DNA of 62,683 nt, counting the filler, from Hausera hauseri (taxonomy: Eukaryota), in the NCBI GenBank assembly GCA_046269625.1. It is 10 parts of 10 records of this genome, joined end to end, with 100 filler letters (N's around TTAATTAATTAA, not from the genome) between each part and the next. Parts side by side here need not be neighbours in the genome. Positions count along the whole stretch, not along the records: positions 46,374 to 52,000 come from JBJURY010218188.1; positions 52,101 to 57,458 come from JBJURY010272397.1; positions 57,559 to 62,683 come from JBJURY010327717.1; 7 more parts are not named here. One strand, 5' to 3'. This document shows positions 48,841-60,500 of this stretch, in pieces. Both the position numbers and the translations under genes were made by a program. Each line of letters begins with the position of its first letter. Within the stretch, counting starts at the first letter, position 1. The notes beneath the pieces are model-generated. The model saw nothing but the letters and a program-made list of their open reading frames with translations. It ran no database searches and had not been told where the DNA came from.

Positions 48841-50974
48841 GTTACCGTCTACGACTGCGATAAGTTTAAACTAGGGCAGAGATATTCCCTAATGGATTTA
48901 GAAGTGTGTGAAGATGCCAAATCGCACAAGTTGGAAGCAAGAAAGAGAAATTAAATCCTGTATCAACAACAAGAACTGATATCGTTGGATGGGATGGAAT
49001 GTATGCTAAGATGATCTCGTAGCATTTTTCGCTGTGGTTTACTACACGGACATTCCGCAATAATCAAACCAACCACTGCTCTCATTCCAATGAACCTAGA
49101 ACGCCAGCACTGCAAACAGGCTAAGGAAACTGAAAGAGTACAATGGGACAATATACAATTAGAAGTGCAACCAGGAAAAATAATTAGGGCATACAAGATA
49201 GTGGCAGGAAGGTTAGACATGCATAACGGACATTGTTACGGAGCGGAATACGACACTGTAAAAGGATTGGAAGCAAATGTGGTAGTCGTGGATTTTTAAG
49301 AATCGGAGATGCGACCACTGAATGTAATGTTCCATAGTGTCACTAAGTTATACACTGAAAACCAAAAATGTCACTTACATGATGTAACCCGTACTTTTCG
49401 AAGTTCTGTTATAGTGTGGGAATCTCCCTCTGGAAGAAGTTGTAATTTTATTAAAATTAAGGAACTAAAGTTTAATAAAACCACCGGAAAGCGATATGTG
49501 GATAAATCTGATACCAGCTCAAGGACACGCGAAGACGTGTCGGAACATCCTACGCCCACTATATTAATCTCAGATCATCATGGACTGAAATTTATTAAAA
49601 AAGAGATTATTTCCCTTTGTGATGTAGTAATGTTTGCTACTAACTATGAGGCGTTCTTCATAGCCAAAACTGAGATAAATGCGAAAACCTATAAGTTGGA
49701 AACATAAGATATCCGGATTAAGGACTACTTGAAGAACAAAGACGATTACTTTTATTATAAAGGACAAGTCGGAATAGCTGAATTATATCACAAAATGATA
49801 ACGAACGACTGTAAATTAGATACCGAGATCATGAAGACAAAATTGGCCCTTATATACGCCAACCCAGAGTTGGCTTATCCAATAATTCCTATGGGAGAAG
49901 GAATTTTCGGTCGAGTCACAGGCGAAGTATTACTAATTTACGAATGTGAAAAAAGAGATGTACCCATTAATGTGGAAGAAAAACGTTGCATTTAGGAACT
50001 TCCCGTTATTTATCAGAATACCCCAAGGTTAGCTACACCGTTGACGAGAGTGTTATTGGATAACGCAACCAACCAACCATTCTTAAGGATTGCAAGGCAA
50101 GTTTAGGAGAACCCACGTTTAGACGTAGTAAAACAGACTGGGTTAGTCTGCCAAATGGAGGTATTACTGCCGCCAAAATAAACTAACAGGAACGAATCTT
50201 GCGAAAGGAAGTACGGACGATAAATTCCAAGATACTTCGTCGAAAGGCATACACAGGCCCAAGGAAATCGAAGCTTTTAGACAATTCCTCGCTTTTGCGC
50301 GACAACGCACACATGAACTAAATCGAGCCATGACCTCGGTAGTAGATGATACACGATATCAGGCCAAATGGGAATCTTTACTCGGTGTAAACCATTATCA
50401 GCGAGTAACCACAGAAATACTCTACAAAATTTGGGAAAGATTTTTAATTTTTGTCCAAGCCGCATCTAGATTCTTGGCGATATATTTTCTGATACAAATG
50501 ATTAAAGCAGTCATCCAAGCAGTAATTAATTGGTATGAAATATTTACATTGACTGGATTTTCATGTAAGCTACTGACTGCAATCATAACGCCCTTTGGAA
50601 AATTCTCAAAAGCATACGAAGAAAATAGATGGAAATCCGACGTAGAACGCCATGTCGGTTACTATAATCGTAAACGAAAAGGAAGGCCCATATTCTTGCG
50701 AAAGCGGGGAGTTACAAAACCTAATACGCAAAGAAATAACTCAGATAATGACGAGCCTAAGGGAGGAGAAGTACTTTCAGGAAGAAACAGACATAAGACG
50801 AACTCTGTCATTAAAGGGTCATTGCCGATGCTACCTCCTACCGCTCCAGTCTATGAAGACTGCGACAAACGATCAATGAGTTCATATCAAACGGAAATCT
50901 ATAAAAGGACGATTAATGTAGAAGACTCGTATGAAGACACGAAACGCTACGTGATCCTACGGAAAATGTGTTAG
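48841..50974 (+). pseudogene. Chuvirus-G/gB-like class III fusion glycoprotein with TM anchor and PTAP tail, copy B
   Basis: VYDC....YSLMDLEVC, EC.LR.SRSIFRCG..HGHS, VAG....GHCYG, NDC, GRVTGEVLLIYEC....RC.*ELPV......TPLTRVL, W..F..F...S.FLAIY...IK..I....G.S.KLL.A TM region, PPTAPVY. Confidence 0.9.
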
Positions 50975-51853
50975 CGACAGCCGGTGGATGATTCCAGGAT
51001 GTTGTATTCTCCGAGAGAACCTCGGAATATAGAAACTGGATCAACGGTTTGGGACAACCCAAGGTTAAGAACCTTCCAGAATACCGAACTACACACTAAC
51101 AATCGAGAACCATTAATCAGCACTCATGAAGCAGAAAACTTAAACGTCGAAAACAATGAATTATACCCAAACGGAGAGTTAAGACAACTGGAGGAGAACA
51201 TAGTATCCTCCCCAGAAATCCGAATCAATGGATATAAAATATCTGTGACTAAACGGCCAAAAGTAGCATTAAACCGTTTTGGAACAGTAATAGAAGGAAG
51301 ACCCTTCGCTAAAATCACTATCGAACACTGGGAAGTTTATGCATTAATCGATACAGTTTCTGAGATGTCTGACATTAATAATGATTCAATACATCAAACG
51401 CTGAGAGGATAATTATATCCACCATCTACAAAGGACCCAGAAAGCACATGAGCTTTTGGTCAAATGTCGAAACCGATGTTTAAACGGAAGCCAGAAGTCC
51501 AAATAGTTGGACAAATTTTCCGTCATGAATTTGCAGTCATGAAACAATTAACCGATGACGTCGTCTTAGGATGTGATCTACTGAAAAGGTTACCAAATAT
51601 AGCAATCGATTTGCAAACAGGAAAATTAATAGAAATCAGACAAGATAAAGGTATAAAAAACGCCAAAGAAAGAAAATTTGGAGAAGTATGGATACCAGTC
51701 GATGAAAACAATCCACCGAAAACAGAGATAATAATCTATGATCAAGTTCAACAAGATGACGATCAACCGGTATATTTTGAACCGAAAGAGACGTTAAATC
51801 CGAATATAATACTTAGTAACATACTCACAAGAGTACCCTCTGGTCGTGAATAA
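50975..51853 (+). pseudogene. Retropepsin (retroelement aspartyl protease) and post-protease region
   Basis: GRPFAKITI....VYALIDTVSEMS (DTG>DTV, one base change), RHEFAV..L..DVVLGCDLL...IDL; same frame as the glycoprotein tail. Confidence 0.85.
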
Positions 51854-52000
51854 ATCAGAAAAGCAAATAATGCACCGACTCCCGTTGAGCTTCATGCATA
51901 CAAAAATACTTATAGAGTGTCGTATATGCAGTAATATTAGCGTTGTCCTTAATTTTCTCATGTGTTCCGAAAGGTAATTCTGAGCTTTTCAAAGGAGACG

Positions 52001-52100
52001 NNNNNNNNNNNNNNNNNNNNNNNNNNNNNNNNNNNNNNNNNNNNTTAATTAATTAANNNNNNNNNNNNNNNNNNNNNNNNNNNNNNNNNNNNNNNNNNNN
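52001..52100. other. Artificial contig spacer
   Basis: Same 100-bp spacer. Confidence 0.98.
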
Positions 52101-52675
52101 GACTGCGGTTAGTTTAACTTTCCCGCGCACTTTGAGTGCAAATAAAACAAGTGTTTTTCAAAATATACAACTAGGCGCTACCCGTTGAGGGGACGGGACT
52201 GTAGCGTTGATAGCACTCTTAGTGATGCAGTTATATTTAGTAAAGCAGTGATATTTATTTGATTCTACTGAAGGGGGTGTCTACAAAGTAACCAGGTCCA
52301 TAACATTACTGGTTTGTATAATACACATTTAATGATGATTTTAAAGGTGTACAAAATGTATCAGTTCAATGTCGTTCGCACGAGAAATAGAAACAGACCA
52401 CCATATAATTCTATAAAATTTCAGGGTTTCGCTCTCCCTACAATGATGTCAAACTTGTACACTGAAAACTGTTCTCTTATCGGCACATATTTCCTGTACC
52501 CTATTACCTTTTCCTGTGGATATTGTAATCGTTACTTTATTCTAAATTTAAGTTGAAAAGATTTGTTCCAAAATGGAATGACATGTTGCTATACATTCAA
52601 AATCATGCTTAATTTGAGAACTTGAATAAAGAACACAGAACTTTTTTTGTTCAGCACCAACTGTTAACATTTTAC

Positions 52676-53985
52676 CTGATATGGCATGACATTTTCAGAC
52701 AGCTGTAGTGTTTCACTGGGTGAAACAGTGGTCACTGTCACAGACGTTATTTCAGTAGATGGTGGAATCTGTGGTTACAGATGAAGGTTTAAGAGTTCTT
52801 CTTGTAAATATGAATAAAAGTATTTTGACAATGCAATGAAACTTAAAGGATACAAACCTGCATTATTTCCACACGAGGCAAGATGTACAGTCTGCTTTTT
52901 CCAACACATTTTTTAAGTTCTCTCACTGAGCCAGCCTGTAACTTTTGAAGCTTGCGCCTCTTTCCTGCCCTTGCCAACTCAAACCCAGTCAGATTTAAAC
53001 TTATCTGAGGATAACTCTGACAGATGAAATTATTTAGGTCAGACAGCGTCCACGTCAGGTCTATCTTCAAACTTGCTCCACCCACTGTTGACTCATGGTA
53101 AGCTGGTGGGCCTAAATAAAGAAACATAAAAAGATATATCAACACATTAGTGGCAAACACCAAAAAGGTTATAACTACAAACTCATAGCTCAGTTAAAAA
53201 CATGGAATATTCAGCCTATATCTGTCCATACAAGTGCTATTTGATACACACATACCTCCACCTAACCAGCAAGTCTTTACTTTTTAAGTTGAAAAGGCTG
53301 CCTATTATTTAAAGCATCTTGTCTTCATAGTGTAGGCTTTGATATTAAAATGTCTTGGACTAATACTTCCTTCCTTCCTAAAAGACATTTGCATTAATGT
53401 GTGGACAGATAAATAATTATCCTCATATTGCAAAAGTAAATTCACTGATGACAAAATGGTACAATGAGGCTTAACAACAAAAATTAATGTACAAGTAATT
53501 ACTATATTTCACATATCTTACCTACCTAATCCATTTTTGACAAGTTGTTGAAGGTCCGTTGTAGAGGGAAGAACATCGAAATTTGGACCAGGAAGAAGAA
53601 ACAGTCTCGCCTGCCACAAGGGATTTGCCCGTCTTCCAATGGATCCTATGACAGAAACTTCATATATAAATTTATTTTAAAAAAGCAACTATGAAGCAGC
53701 TATAACTACTATCTATAACTAATTTTATTTTAACTACTTAAAGTATCCTTATTATAAATAACAAATCCGTTAGATGATAACTTTTCCCTGGATAAATGTC
53801 CATAATGTTGCTAGCTTTCACGCAACTTTGCAACCTAACACAATTTTTGCTAGCTTACCTTGTCTGGCGGGGCGACGTCGGAAAAGTCGCCTTGTAGCAG
53901 ACAGTATTTCCTCTGGATTAGTAAGTTCCTGTCTTGCAAGAGAAATCGCCCCGAAAAGTCTGTCAAAAGCAGAAGAACTTTCCAT
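52676..53985 (-). CDS. Spliced teleost-like gene, first four exons; resembles N-termini of transposon-associated G2E3/HECT-like proteins
   Basis: Phase-consistent GT-AG exons 53985-53859, 53645-53526, 53111-52858, 52768-52676; motif W....L......YP......GFELAR...L..L.....LK..VG.SRLYI.P. HECT domain not seen. Confidence 0.6.
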
Positions 53986-54109
53986 GTCTGTTACATTATG
54001 AACTCCAAATGCGCCGATAGTGTTTGAAAGCGGGAAATACAACTTCCTGCCTCCGTGACTCGTGTGTGCTCACTCTGACGTTCCACTCTACGTGTCCAAA
54101 CGCATCAAA

Positions 54110-55760
54110 TTTAATATTCGTATAAACGGATTTATAGATAGGAAGAATGGCAATTATGGATATCCACAACTAAATTATTCCCAGTACAATTGCAGTTGTA
54201 GATATATGTAAAGAAATTTTTACTAGTAGGAATGTATTCCTGATGTTACAAATCATGTTGTTGATATCTGAAATGTTTTCTTCATTTTTGATATCTTAAA
54301 AGATAGTATAACCAGTAACAATTGGATTATAGAGATCTAAATTTAGTTTTTAGACATCCAGAATGTTAATTTTAGATAGGAGAAATGTTATTTCGGACAT
54401 CCGAAAGTAAACGCCCGATGACGTCATTTGTACTAGTAAGAACTCCATTCCTCCTATCTAAAATGAACATTTTAGATAGGAGAAATGTTATTTTGGATAT
54501 TCGAAAGTAAACGCCCGATGACGTCATTTGTACTAGTAAAAACTCCATTCCTCCTATCTAAAATGGCCATTTTAGATAGGAGAAATGTTATTTTAGATAT
54601 CTGGAAGTAAAAGCTCAATGACATTATTTGTACTAGTAAGAATTCAATTCTTCCTATCTAAAATGAACATTTCAGACAGGAAGAATTCCATTGAAGACAT
54701 CTTAAATACATATCCAGTTAAGCAAATATATGTTAAAACGGCCACTTAAAAAAAGTAAAGATTTGTAGATATCTGGAACTTAGTTTTTACTAGTACACAT
54801 TTGATTACAGATCACTGAAATGTTAATTTATACTGGCATAAATGTAATTGGTGATATCTGTATTACAATTCTGACTAGGAATATATTAATTGTGACTAGG
54901 TAGAATGCATTAGTGCTATCTATAATAGAAATGTGGCTAGTCAGCAAGCCTATTTTATGTTAAAACGGAGCCCTATTATTCTGCTGAGAGATAGTCAAAA
55001 TGTGTTTGTAAGTATCTATAATTGTAATTTGTATAGGCATTATTAACATTTCAGATATCTGAAATTCCACATTAACTAGTCAAATGATCAGTAGTTGATA
55101 TCTTTAATTAGATTTATACTGGTACAAATGTATTTTGGATGTCAAGAATTGATATCTGGATATCTAGAATGATTTATTCATTTCTGATATCTGAAATGGT
55201 CATTATGACTAGTATTAACTGGATTATGGATATCTGAAATTAGAGTTCCTCCTCGTCAGAATTCATTTATAGACATCCAGAATGTTTATTTTAGATAGGA
55301 AGAATGTTATTTCAGATATCTGGAAGTAAAAGCCCAATACACATGAATGGGAAAAGTGACGTCATTTGTACTAGTAAGAATTACATTCTTCCTATCTAAA
55401 ATGAACATTTTAGATAGGAAGAATGTTGTTTTAGATGTCTGGAATTTTCATTTTGACTAGGAAGAATTGTGTTTGAGATATCTGAAATAGATATTCATTC
55501 AACCTATTAAATGTTAAAATGGCGACTTAAAATTTGTAAAGATTTATAGATATCTTAAACTAAATTCTTAATAGTTCAATTTTATTTATTGACATCCTGA
55601 ATTTAAGATTTTCCCAGCAAACATGTAATTGTAGATATCTATAATTACAGTTCTGACTAGTAAGAATGTAATTTTGACCAGGAAGAATCTTTTTTTAGTG
55701 ATCTACAAATGGAATAACAGAGAGGAGCTCACTTGAATAAATGTTAAAACGGCCTACCAT
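54110..55760. repeat. Complex palindromic repeat, likely non-autonomous DNA transposon interior, with 100-bp tandem units
   Basis: tttagatagg recurs at 54371, 54471, 54571; internal palindrome tcctatctaaaatg..cattttagatagga; dense gatatct and actagt motifs. Confidence 0.75.
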
Positions 55761-55797
55761 AGGTAAGGTTTCCACTTCTCACATTACATTGTAACCT

Positions 55798-55945
55798 GGG
55801 GTGGTAGCTTGATGGTCAGTCTGTGTTGTAATCCTGAGGCTGCAGGTTTGAGCCTAGGTTGCTACAGGAAGGACATTCAGTGAAAAACAGTTGCCAAATT
55901 GTTGGTGAAACCCCAGAAGAATGGAGCAGCTGAAAGAAAAACAAC
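55798..55945 (+). repeat. Possible tRNA-derived SINE with RTE-like tail
   Basis: A/B-box-like head (gtggtagcttgatgg...ggtttgagcc), ending ggagcagctgaaagaa. Confidence 0.4.
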
Positions 55946-56680
55946 TACTGTATATCAGCCATGTGAAAGAAGCCAAATTATTTGGTAATGGAGCCATAAA
56001 GTGATGACATAATTCTTTTAATTTTGTCCTACTTTAGACTTGTTTAAGACCAAACTTGTTGACTGAAAAAACTTTGGCTTTAAGTGGAAATCCATTCAGC
56101 TAAGCATCCATCGTCTACTTCTAAAGTCTTCTGTATATCTACAGAATAGAACATTCTGCTCACACCCTGGGCCGTACCATTTTACATCAGACATTAGTAC
56201 GTCAACAAGTCCTAAACAAGCTTTGTTGATGTTACAGAGTGGGACACATTGATAGAGACTCAACTCTCTCTGTTTAAAGTAAATGACTGCCCATGATCAC
56301 AAAATGTAAGAAATAAAATAAAACTGGATCTAAAAATCTGTTAATTAGTCTCAAAATGTCCTTCAATACAAAGAAGCTGATTTAAATTAAATATAAAAGC
56401 AAAAAATTCCAGCAAAAAGAGAAGCAATTTTAAAAATTAAATATGTTTTGTCAAGACCTGGAGAATTTTACCAAACTAATCTTGCTCATTTGTTTCAGCT
56501 GCCCCCAAATAGGTTACAGTTACTTGTACAAAAAAACTAGTGTCTATTTTTTTTACTCTGTGACTTTCTGCATAAAACAGATCTCTTAGATGAGATGTAA
56601 TGTAAAGCAGCACTTTGAAAAAAATCTCTACAGGAATTTAAGTAATTAAGATTGACACAGGTTGCCTTTCTGAGGAGAGA

Positions 56681-56735
56681 ACCAATGACAGCAGATTACA
56701 AACACCTGTGAAACCTGCAGGTTAGGGTATTTAAA
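56681..56735 (+). promoter_or_regulatory. Proximal promoter of the hyosophorin-like gene
   Basis: CCAAT (56682), E-box CACCTG (56703), TATTTAAA (56728), ending about 40 nt before the ATG. Confidence 0.55.
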
Positions 56736-56775
56736 CCTCAGATGTTGGTTGCCTCTTTAGTCAGAGACAGGAACC

Positions 56776-57458
56776 ATGGGAGGTGCTTGGTTGCTGATTG
56801 GTTTTATGGCAGCTGTGTGGCTCAGGACAGGTTTGTACAAAGACAGATGTTTTATTTATTTATTTAATAGTTTGAGAGGGTTTAATGGTGAATGTTCAGT
56901 TAGAGATGGGATTTACTGACTAGTTTCTCTGTAATCCAACCCAGTTGGTTTGTTTCATCAAAAAACTGAACTTGTGTAACTTTTCTATCTACAGGGTCCT
57001 GTTTACCAATTGATGTGCCACACAGGGCTGATCATGATGCAGTTGACCTGCAGGATGGTAAGTAGACAATATTAACACAACAAGCAACTGGAGGAGCACT
57101 AACCTATATATTGTTCATGCAGTTGCATCGTCAAGAGATATTGCTCTAAGAAATGTGGTGACATTTCTCCAGTCAAAGGATACCAGGGTGAACCAGCAAG
57201 AAAAGGAAGGTAAATGTTTGCTCAGTTGCTGGAAAAACTTCATTGGTTCTGTTTAGATTTTTAAAAGTACAGATTCTAAAACTGACTTTACTAAACCTAG
57301 TTTACCTGGAAACCAATGAAGTGGATGCAATTTGGGACAACGTGACTGCAGGCGACGAGGGCCACAGCAACGTGACTGCAGGCGACGAGGGCCACAGCAA
57401 CGTGGCTGCAGGCGAAGAGGGCCACAGCAACGTGACTGCAGGCGACGAGGGCAAAAGC
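56776..57458 (+). CDS. Hyosophorin/polysialoglycoprotein (PSGP)-like fish egg cortical alveolus glycoprotein; 4 exons, 3'-truncated
   Basis: Exons 56776-56830, 56995-57057, 57123-57209, 57301-> give MGGAWLLIGFMAAVWLRTGSCLP...VDLQD.VASSRDI...EVYLETNEVD, then (DEGHSNVTAG)n. MGG..LL, SC.P, V.LQ, SS.D and YLETNEV match the trout PSGP precursor as I recall it; the repeats carry an N-x-T sequon. Confidence 0.8.
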
Positions 57459-57558
57459 NNNNNNNNNNNNNNNNNNNNNNNNNNNNNNNNNNNNNNNNNN
57501 NNTTAATTAATTAANNNNNNNNNNNNNNNNNNNNNNNNNNNNNNNNNNNNNNNNNNNN
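57459..57558. other. Artificial contig spacer
   Basis: Same 100-bp spacer. Confidence 0.98.
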
Positions 57559-60500
57559 ATATCTTTTTCTCACCTCAATACCCTTGGCGTAACATCTGAG
57601 CACAGTCCAGAACTTCTTCACCGTTACTTTTTAAACGCATTGCCCCTTCAAATAAGATCTCTGCTCACTGTGGTCGAAGACTCCACGGCACTGGAAAAGT
57701 TAGCCGAACTGGCAGATAAAGCCTATGAAGTGTTGCACTCACACACAACACAAACTGTTTCTGCGTCATTAACAACAAACCACCAACAACAAAATGCAAT
57801 GCTGCAGCAACAAATTTCGCTATTACGCACAGAAAACGAAATTTTGCGAAAGATAATTAATAACTTAAACGAGAAATTAAATGAGTTAACGCTGCCTCGA
57901 CGGGGTTTTTTTAGAGCTGTTTCTCCTAATGTATTTTATCAGCGACAAAGACGGTCGCCTTCGCCCGCGTGGTCGTCTATTTTCTGCTATCACAACAAAT
58001 TTGGTAATAATTTTCAGAAATGCTCATCAGTTGTAAATTTTACTCCCCGATTTTAATACAAGCAGCATCGTTTGCATCTATCACGCAAAATTTGGAACAA
58101 AAGCACAAAAATGCCTACCTAGCAGTAACTACAATACGCACAATAAAATCAACATTACTAAACTCACACAAAATAGTTGGCCAAACTCACCAGCTACAAA
58201 AAACTGATTTCGCAGCTAGGACACACGGCAAGTTCTAGCAAAGGCAACAACTTACAAAAAGATAGCCGACACATTTCTTTTGATGTATTCACGTTGAAAG
58301 CAGCAGTCGTCACTCCAACAAAGCAAGACGTCAATTTTCTCATAAACACCGGTGCAGCAATCTCTTTATTACTACCAACACATGACATCCAAAACAATTT
58401 CACTTCAAAAAAGCAACTGTTCACTGCGTCCGGTGAACCTTTACAAACTTTAGGTGTTACTAAATTAACTTTTACACTTTCAAATTTCCCAAACACATTC
58501 AATTGGAAATTTACAATAGCCAACAATTTTAATCAAATTAGCAGTATTTCGGTGACCACCCGGGCGATCGCTTCCAGCAAGTCAATACTAAAGGAAACAA
58601 CTTTCGATTTAAATTATTTTTATAATCATCCATTATATAGAAATTTTTATTACGGCACCAAATACGATATTGCCAACTGCGTGGCACCTATTACTGATAC
58701 TACAGCTGCCAACACCATCTTCAACACGAACATCCTGCACCTAATACCACCTAGTCACAACACCTCGTCTACAACTCATACCTCAACTGCATCCAGTCAC
58801 GATGCATCGACACCATCTGAAAACTTTTCATCGTTGCTGTGGTGCCCACATTCACTCAATCGATGATTTGCATGCGAATCATTTTTTATGTAAACCTTTT
58901 TGTTTAAATATAAAGACTTTTGATGGAATTTTGAAAATTATAGACTTTTTCATTCTAGGACAGTACGATTATGTAGTAATTTTTGCTAATTGTTTATATT
59001 TCTTTGATAAAATGGATTTACAAAAATTATTCGCGGAATTAGCCGTCGATTGGTTATTATCATCCAGTTCGATACATTCTGGTCGTACTCCCAAAATTCC
59101 CGGGCCAGAAATTCCTAGGTTTTTCACTGATAATTCGGAGATACTTAACACACCAACGGTTCTATTGGATACCGATTCTTTGAGTATAGAATCCGAGAAT
59201 AATTTGCCAATATTCTTTGCCGATAATGACATAAACTTATCCAACTGTACAGCGTTTTTTAATAGTCATACGAAAAACAATTTATCCAATTTCAATTCGT
59301 ATCAAATCCAATCCCATCAGGTCCGTAATCCGTCGAATAATGTTCTGTTGAATGAAAGTTTAAATGAGAATTTTTCGATCAAACATTACTTCCGAAATAA
59401 TTTAGAGAGTATGACAACACAAAATTGCCAATTCAAATGACATTCACTTGTTTCAAGAAGGCAAAATAATAGACAAAAACAGTTGCCATCTGACTTACAG
59501 TAATATATTTCGTCTTCCTGCACACGTCTGTTGCAAAAGGACAAATCATTCGTACCACCTAAATCCACCTTCCATCACACAGTAACAGCACATCAAAGAC
59601 CAATACGTCAAAAGGTCCGCCCGCTATCGCCTCACCGTAAACAGGCAGTGGAAGCTGAGTTTCTTAAACTTGAAAAATAGGGAATAATCAGAAGGTCAAA
59701 TCCTCGTGGTCTTCACCACTGCATGTCGTTCTAAAAAAGATAGTACCTTTTGCCCATGCGGTGATTACCGCCAACTCAACATCATAACAACAATAGATGC
59801 CTACCCTCTACCATAAATCAACGATATCCTTCACAGGCTCCATGGTTCGACCATTTTTTCTGCATTGATTTGCACAGAGCATACCACCAAATTCCAGTGG
59901 CCCCAGCAGACATTCCGAAAACGGCTGTCATTACACCTTTCGGCCTTTTCGAATACCTTTCCATGCCTTTTGGACTCCGTAGCGCTTCCCAGACCTTCCA
60001 AAGGCATATTGATACAGTTCTCTTAGGTTTAGATTTTGCTTATCCCTATATCGATGATATCATAATTGCATCATCTTCCTCGAAGCAACACTCCGAGCAC
60101 CTACGTTTAATCTTCCAGCGCTTGCACCAAAACAATTTGCAAATTAATTTCTCCAAATGCTCTGTTTTTCAACATAAGGTCAACTTCCTAGGATATGTTA
60201 TTAGCTCCTCCGGACATTCACCTCAGCCAGAGCGCATCATACAGCTCAAAAACATACAGCTACCACTTACATCAACAGAGATGCGTTCTTTCCGCGGAAC
60301 CTTGCAATTTATTCATAAGTATATTCCACACTGCTCCACTCTAACCGCTCCAATTGCATCACTAAGCTCTGGCAAGAAGAAATAGCCTATTCAATGGACC
60401 GCTCAGCTAGTAAACGCTTTCGATCACCTCAAGGATAATCTAAAAATTGTTGAAATTCTCGCATACCCCGACTCCCATGCAGAACTCTTCTTGAGCACGG

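Noticed and set aside
46470-51853. Alternative genetic code explaining in-frame stops
   Set aside because: TAA, TAG and TGA all occur together with frameshifts, consistent with ordinary decay.
36373-52000. One giant element: env copy A + triple kinase + env copy B
   Set aside because: Three separate contigs divided by spacers; the kinase contig looks like fish DNA.
54370-54680. CRISPR-like array of palindromic repeats
   Set aside because: Whole 100-bp units repeat with no unique spacers; eukaryotic context; no cas genes.
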